Of a DNA stretch of 40,925 nt, positions 35,701-40,925 are shown one piece after another. The notes below the pieces were generated by a model, which saw nothing but the letters and a program-made list of their open reading frames with translations, searched no databases and had not been told where the DNA came from. The DNA comes from Chiloscyllium plagiosum (Eukaryota), in assembly GCF_004010195.1 (NCBI RefSeq), contig NC_057756.1:10047442-10088366 (forward strand), given 5' to 3'. Each line of letters begins with the position of its first letter. The first letter of the stretch is position 1. The translations under genes were made by a program, and so were the position numbers.

Positions 35701-38700
35701 TCACAAGTAATCTAATGGTATGCTGTTCCAATACCACTCATAAAACAAAACAATAGAATTTAGTCTCTCAAAATTACAGCCAGTTTATGTGTCTTCCAGC
35801 ATGTTCTGTGCCTTTTCCATTGATTCTTTTCTCAGGAATGCCTTCTCTGTCATTGGTACCATTGTTATTTGGATGGTCCTTCTTCTAAGACACAGAATCA
35901 GTGGCTCGCACAATCATCTATTTCAAGCACTGAGGGTGGTTAATTCTTGAAGATGGCAGTTAGCTCTTGGCTCCATGTCCAACTGCCTCCTTTATACCCT
36001 TGATGACATATCAATATTTCTTACAATAGGACTAGTCCTATGTTGTCAAAACCATCAGATTTAAATTTAATAGGCTTTTGGTGTCTTACGTACCTAGTTC
36101 AAACTGGCTAAATTGAAAAGACTGGCGTCTTGGTAAAAATCGCCGCTTAGCCTGCTAACTGTATGGCCTTTCGATGCAAATGTTTCAGTTCCATGCTCTC
36201 TGTACACCTGCAAACTCCCAACCTGCTGCTCACATACATTCATACATTTAAATCCCCACACACAGAAAAATCACCATCTTTCAAATGGTCCATATTATGC
36301 TTCCCCCCCCCCCCCCACATCTTTAGAATTTTACAGTTTTTACAATTTTATAAACCTAATTCTAACTTGCTGCCTCCCAGTTTACAATTTCCTTCCCAGC
36401 GAAGTTGGGTAGAGTATGTCACTCGACCATAACTGAGGAACAGGTCTGTGTCAGACGGGGGGTGGTGGTGGGGATGGGCACCAAAACAGGGGCTTCCCTA
36501 AAATTATAGCAGGCAAATTCATCAACCCATCAAGACGTTAACCTTGTCCAAATCATAGACATGGTATGTTACATCAGCCAGTGACCAACCAAATAAGAAG
36601 TGCCCAGCCCCATTCCAAACCCTGACAATAAGCCCAAAATACAAGATAACAAATCCAAACCCACCCCCCCTTCCTGTATATTACTTACCTTCACTCACAA
36701 TGTTCTCTGGTATCACTCTTACCCCCATTTCAGTCAGATCCTGTGGTTTTATGTGCAATATTGAGTAAGTCATTTGAAGATCTTCTATATCTGAAAGAAG
36801 CGTATTTCAATGAGAAATGTTATGGCTGGGCATTGTGAAAATGGCAGGGAGGGACAAACAGGGCAGTTTTTATATCTCTCAAAGACCAGTACATTGTGAA
36901 TTTATCCCGTATATTTTATCAGTACAGAGGAACCTCGATTATCCGAATATGTATTATCCAAATATCGGATTATGCAAAGGAGATCTCAAGGTCTCGATAG
37001 AAACATTATATCAAAGACGTGTTTCCAACACTGTTGGCATCTTTTGTTTACAGTGATTAAATGTGAACTGGGCTAACTGAAATGCTGGCGGGATCAGTCC
37101 TGGACTGATGGGAGCCCAGGAGGACCATCTCCAAATGACTGACTTCCCGCCCTCTCTCTCTTCGCACACTTTCCCTTGAGTTCTATACAGGTGTGTACTC
37201 TAAACCCCCGTTCCCCAAATAATCTCTCCAACATTGTCCTGTACAGGGCAAAGACAGAACCTGTCAAAAAGTTCTGTGCGCGCACGCTATTTGGAGACTC
37301 AACCCCCAAAAGGCAGCAGCAGTCTTGTTGTTGGTGTCCAGTCTGGCTGCCCTGGAGAGGGGGTATGGGTGGGTGGGAGGCAGGCGGGGGGGGGTTGGGC
37401 GAGGAGCAAGGTTAGAGGGCTGGGGTGGGGGCGGTGTTGGACAGGGCAGAAGGCTCATGCAGTGTGCTGCTGCCTAGTGTCCTGAATGGGAAGCAGACTT
37501 AACAGAAAACTCCGAGGCCCAGAAGAAAGGTATTGAATCAATTAACCGAATATTCAATTATCTGAACCAAATAGTTCCCTCCCATCTCGTTCAGATAATA
37601 GAGGTTCCTCTGTATTCTATTCTGAGCAGACACATGCTGTGTTGTATTTTACCTGATTTTTCTCCTAGTTCCTCATCATATATTTTCAGGTATCTGAATC
37701 TGGATATCCAAATCAATTTGAGGGTCCACTAGAGTTTTGGGAGCCCACCTTTCCTCCAGGAAAGATAACTGAAGGGGTATTGAAGTCTTGAGTCTCCCCA
37801 ACTTCCACCTCCAACTGTTAAACACTCTCAATCACATTGTGGAACCATTTCCCTCAGCATTAATTAACGCAGTGGCAGGACAGCCACTGTGAACCAGAAT
37901 ACCATTACCGTGACCTATCCTTACGGATCCTCTCATTGTCTCGGACACTGTACTGTTTCAGGATGGGAACCACTCACTTTCCAAAGAAGTTTTAACAACT
38001 GTTCTTGGTAGCTGGAGAGGCAACACAACAAGGACTAGAAAGATTATCATCAGAACACACTGGCACTGGGAGGAGCAGAAGAACCAGTACCAGGTCACAA
38101 AGGGACAGGGAAACCCCATACTAGATCAGGAAGGGAGCTCCATGAAGCTGTACAGATGGAAGTTTCAGTGCACTGAGATCTTTGGAGCTCCCAGCACCAA
38201 ACATTGACACTCAAGCCGTAGGTATCCATCAACACCACAACCAAGAGTTTTCTGCACTGGTGACCCAGACCCTCTGATGTATGCTTCTTAGTCCCATCAC
38301 AGAGCCCCAACTTCAGCACACTCCGCTTTCACTTACATTCATCCAGGCTAGCATCGTTGTTTTCTGAGCTGTCCTCTGAATCAGTCGACACTTTCCACCA
38401 GTTCGACTGAGAATCACCGTCTAGTCTGAAGGGATCAGTCAGAGACTCATCTGCGAATGAAGAAGCAGGCATTAATTACAAACTTGCTGGTTGCCTGTTG
38501 TGGATACAGTTGGTAGTTATGGAGAACAATAGTTTCTCAATCTCTCCGACAACTCTGTTACTAGAGGAAATACACAAGTGTCAGAAACTGGACGGTGGCT
38601 GGTACAGGCAGTTTTTAGATGTCTCAAGTGACCATATTTTGGGAGCCTTGATGTGGAGGTGCTGGTTTTGGACTGGATTGGACAAGGTCAGAAATCACAA

Positions 38701-40483
38701 CAGGTTATTGTCTAATAGGCTTATTTGAAATCACAAGCTTTCTGAGTGCTGCCCATTCATCAGGTGAAGTGAAGAGAAGCACTCAGACACAGAATTCATA
38801 ATCTGAGAGATCAAAGGACATGCAAATAGTGTGATTAGAGTGTTGACAAGCCAAATAATAGATCTCTGTAGATGATCAAGAGTGTCAGATGGCATGAGTA
38901 AAGCGCCAACAGCTGCACAGCAGGTAAGACCAAAGAAACCAAATGGCTGAAATAATATGATAGATATGAGTCGCATGCCCAAGGGTCTAGCCAAAGTAAC
39001 AAGTAATCTATAACTGTACAAGCTAATTAGAGAGATCATAACGAGTTATAAAAGTAATGGTGTCAAAACAGGACAGGAAGGAAGATTTTACAACTATAGA
39101 ATAGTTTGGTGGGGTCACGTGTAGCGTGACATGAACCCAAAATCATGGTTGAGGCCGTCTTAATAGGTACAGAACTTGGCTATCAGTTTCCACTCAGTGA
39201 TTGTGTTGTTATGTATCTTGAAGGCCACTTTCCCAAAGATTAGAGGCTGAATGTCCATGATTGCTGAATTGTTTCCCGATTGGGAGAGAACATTTCTGTC
39301 TGGTGATTGTTGTGTGCTGTCCATTCATCCATTGTCATAGGATCTGCATGGCCTCACCAATATACCATACATTGGGGCATCTTGCCTGCAGCTTATGAGG
39401 TAGACAGCATTGGCCGAGTCGCATGAGTATCTGCCATGTATGTGGTGGGTGACGTTCCCATGTGTGATGGTAGTATTTATATCAATGATCTGACAACTCT
39501 TGCAGAGGTTGCTGTGGCAGGGTTGTGCGCTGTTGTGGTTTATGTTTATCTGGAGGCTGAGTAGATTGCTATAAACAATGGTGTGTTTCAGACTTGGTGG
39601 TTGTTTGAAGGCATTAAGTGGAGGCATAGGGCTATCTTGGTGAGTCTGATGATGGCATGAAACTTATTTGTATCGTTGTGTCGTTACTTCAGAGATTTCT
39701 CACCGTGAGTCCAAAGGAAGAAAATGTCGTCAAAGTATCTGATGTATAGCATCTGTTTGAGATCCGGCACAGCAAAAAGGTTTTTCTTGAACTTGTGCAC
39801 GAAAATGTTGTCATATTGGGATGCAAATTGGATCCCCATTGCTGTGCAATGTATCTGGGTAAAGACATGGACCATTCCTGCTCATCCAGAGAGCGAGAGC
39901 GAGTGGGAGACAGAGCAAGAAAGCAGCTTCACAGACCCAGAGGTAGAGCCAGAGAGACAGCAACTGTGTAAATCTACAAGAGACTAGGCAAGTAACTATG
40001 ACATGCTAAATAGTATTAAAGCTTAGTTTCATGTTAAAGATTACTGTAACTTTGTTCCTAAAGTTGTGACTATTTTGTATTGGTACTGGTGTGTATCCAT
40101 TTTCATTTGATCACTTTGGTATTGTGGGACACCTTGGCAAACTCCTTCACAACATTCTGGTAGGAATTGTGTGTAACCTGATTAAAGTATAACAGGGAAC
40201 ACTTCATACTGGGATAACTGTTTAGCTGTGCTGTACTGTTCTGTATTGCCTTCTCACCCACCCCATATCCCATCTTACCACTAACAACTTCCATTCCCCC
40301 CTCTAGCTGTGACGTTGCTATTGTGTGGAAGTATTTATCTCAAGAAACACGCCAGGAAAGACAAATAGAGGAGGGGACACCTTTTCTCTTGAACCCTCTT
40401 GCGGTTCTATTACCTGATTCTCGCATACATAGTGAGTGTTTGTCTGTCCATCTTTCTTCTTTCCATCTGCCAAAAGATATCAT
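22143..40483 (-). CDS. IFI44L: IFI44/IFI44L-like P-loop GTPase, 10 coding exons (40483-40414, 38450-38337, 36790-36689, 34215-34168, 32072-32012, 31894-31693, 26302-26174, 24006-23844, 23753-23656, 22337-22143), about 393 aa
   Basis: All introns are GT-AG with matching phases (1,1,1,1,2,0,0,1,0); the spliced CDS is 1182 nt with no internal stop. Motifs ILLVGLVGAGKS (G1), SITTK (G2), FWDTAG (G3), ILEGRVP..DFNP, IHAVAFIF and IVIGNNFD (G4-like) follow the order known for IFI44-family proteins. The symbol is a family-level label and orthology is unproven. The five 3' exons are firmer than the 5' ones. Confidence 0.8.
22575..23065 (+). mobile_element. CR1 3' fragment
   Basis: ctggagagggtgcaggaaagacttacaaggatgttacc (LERVQ.R.T.ML) through a CR1-type 3' UTR. 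Confidence 0.8.
23656..23753 (-). CDS. IFI44L-like exon 9 (GIYNIVIGNNFDRLRIPQKSYNRIYENRKLKRK)
   Basis: Acceptor ctcttttcag, donor AAG|GTAATT, phase 1 to 0; G4-like NNFD. Confidence 0.85.
23844..24006 (-). CDS. IFI44L-like exon 8 (LQDFNPHSDGAQNPVIPENVIHAVAFIFN...IVSQK)
   Basis: FNP and IHxVAF motifs of the IFI44 family; donor AG|GTAAGA; alternative acceptor would start the exon at 24000. Confidence 0.88.
24131..24260 (+). mobile_element. Penelope pLTR fragment with mutated hammerhead
   Basis: cctgatgaaggtcttatgcccaaaacatc...gatgctgcctgacctg. Confidence 0.7.
25490..25686. mobile_element. Hairpin remnant of a second Penelope family
   Basis: agaagtcacatgacaccaggtt...aacctggtatcatgtgacttct inverted arms; same family as 38650-38770. 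Confidence 0.75.
26174..26302 (-). CDS. IFI44L-like exon 7 (LKSYKSNSLQFWDTAGWDSLKDVDKRKELLTMILEGRVPPGTV)
   Basis: DxxG motif; acceptor tttaacag, donor GTGAGT; 129 nt, phase 0-0; this frame is not in the ORF track. Confidence 0.88.
26876..28185 (-). mobile_element. CR1 LINE (RT region, internally deleted) nested in an older plus-strand CR1
   Basis: GRSCLTNLIEFFEEV, YMDFCKAFDKV, YINDL, LYKTLVRPHLEYCVQFWSP. Confidence 0.93.
28186..28790 (+). mobile_element. CR1 3' part, continuing the fragment at about 26740-26875
   Basis: LVRPHLE..VQF.SP-like coding remnant and CR1 3' UTR; ATCAG at both junctions of the nested element. Confidence 0.82.
29110..29335. mobile_element. Penelope-derived hairpin pLTR remnant
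   Basis: Inverted arms; minus-strand CTGAAGA-a-GGGC-TTAT-GTCC-GAAA-CGTC. Confidence 0.8.
29704..29733. repeat. (TA)n microsatellite
   Basis: Directly visible. Confidence 0.95.
30720..31580 (+). mobile_element. Degenerate CR1 RT fragment with a minus-strand Penelope RT piece inserted at about 31280-31500
   Basis: GEVPEDWKVANV, PGNYR, DFSKAF.KV on the plus strand; YVRDT..DIQSLYTSIPHHEGL on the minus strand. Confidence 0.8.
31693..31894 (-). CDS. IFI44L-like exon 6, P-loop exon (INILLVGLVGAGKSATINTFLSAL)
   Basis: Walker A GxxxxGKS after a hydrophobic strand; acceptor ttctttgacag, donor AAG|GTACCC. Confidence 0.9.
32012..32072 (-). CDS. IFI44L-like exon 5 (DFSKQKHPRYHVVRRLTSNH)
   Basis: Acceptor aatttcag, donor AG|GTAAGT, 61 nt, phase 1 to 2, exactly what the P-loop exon requires. 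Confidence 0.7.
34168..34215 (-). CDS. IFI44L-like exon 4 (DSSWGEDSTDSEVSLE), paralog of exon 2
   Basis: Acceptor ctctgacag, donor AG|GTAAGG, 48 nt, phase 1-1, similar to exon 2. Confidence 0.55.
34690..35070 (+). mobile_element. Degenerate CR1 3' fragment
   Basis: Remnants of LIRP.LEY and ALEA.Q.RFTRL. Confidence 0.6.
36689..36790 (-). CDS. IFI44L-like exon 3 (IEDLQMTYSILHIKPQDLTEMGVRVIPENIVSE)
   Basis: Acceptor cttctttcag, donor AG|GTAAGT, 102 nt, open in phase 1-1. Confidence 0.7.
36925..37612. mobile_element. Non-autonomous Tc1/mariner (Tigger/pogo-like) DNA transposon
   Basis: 23-bp TIRs CAGAGGAACCTCGATTATCCGAA (21/23 match), flanked by TA on both sides. Confidence 0.88.
38337..38450 (-). 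CDS. IFI44L-like exon 2, acidic (DESLTDPFRLDGDSQSNWWKVSTDSEDSSENNDASLDE)
   Basis: Acceptor cttcttcattcgcag, donor GTAAGT, 114 nt, open in phase 1-1. Confidence 0.65.
38650..39870 (-). mobile_element. Degenerate Penelope-like element (RT, GIY-YIG, pLTR)
   Basis: GTAMG-like CTAMG, YIRYFDDIFFLWTHG, CKSC...YSCDSANAVYLISC; pLTR with cacctgatgaatgggcagcactcagaaagc. Confidence 0.85.
40414..40483 (-). CDS. IFI44L-like putative first coding exon (MISFGRWKEERWTDKHSLCMRES)
   Basis: ATG with A at -3, in-frame upstream TAG, donor AG|GTAATA in phase 1 matching the next exon, TATA box about 200 nt upstream. Confidence 0.5.
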
Positions 40484-40682
40484 CCTTTCTTCAGAGAGAG
40501 AGACAGCAAGTGCTGGAGAGGATTTTGACCTGGCCTGCCAACGGGGAATATCAGCACAAGCGAAGTTCTAAGTCTAGCCGGGATTGTGGGAGGGTAATTT
40601 TTGTAACTGAAAAAAAGCGGAATGTGATGGCGGAACATTGGGGATGAACAGGGAATCGTGGCGGGAGAATACTGGACAGTAA

Positions 40683-40737
40683 TTTATATCGCAGATTTCT
40701 TTATTGCACAATTACTCAGCGGTTTTCCGGAATTCCC
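40683..40737 (-). promoter_or_regulatory. Candidate promoter: kB-like site, C/EBP-like site and TATA box
   Basis: Minus strand GGGAATTCC (40737-40729), ATTGTGCAAT (40712-40703), TATAAA (40688-40683), upstream of the predicted first exon. Confidence 0.5.
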
Positions 40738-40925
40738 TTCTGTAGTGCTTATTAACTCTCATGCAGAGACCAGAGGAGAAACTCCTAGTCTATTTCCTCA
40801 AGAACTGCACCAACCGCTTTTGGCAGTTGCTGAGGAGGAAAGGTAACAGTGAAGGTGAAGGGTCACAGTGGGAGTGGGGGGGACAGGCGCCACTGGGTCA
40901 CACCCGGAATGGGGGGGGAGAGAGA

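Noticed and set aside
35445..36245. Another solo LTR
   Set aside because: LTR-like composition and possible TG...CA ends, but no TSD or firm boundaries found
37653..38330. Additional coding exon ending at donor 37653
   Set aside because: Stops in every frame examined and no acceptor giving phase 1-1
40717..40733. 15/16-nt match to about 6327-6342 (agcggttttcc.gaat) suggesting paralogy between the two genes
   Set aside because: Too short and does not extend on either side

Overview
Eukaryotic, repeat-rich genomic DNA with two assembly gaps (7123-7215, 19172-20107). The repeat repertoire (tRNA-headed HE1/V-SINE-like SINEs, CR1-type LINEs, Penelope-like elements with hammerhead motifs, a Tx1/L1 fragment, solo LTRs) points to a cartilaginous fish; this is an inference. 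I assembled by hand a 10-exon, phase-consistent minus-strand gene (ATG 40483 to stop 22143, about 393 aa). It encodes an IFI44/IFI44L-family P-loop GTPase with an acidic N-terminus partly built from a duplicated exon, no recognisable TLDc domain, and a candidate kB-C/EBP-TATA promoter. A second minus-strand ORF (6358-5273, 361 aa) encodes a protein I do not recognise: two paralogous transmembrane modules bracketing 19 copies of a 14-aa repeat. It is flanked by decayed, intronless-looking coding relics split by retroelements. All calls come from reading the sequence; no database searches were run.
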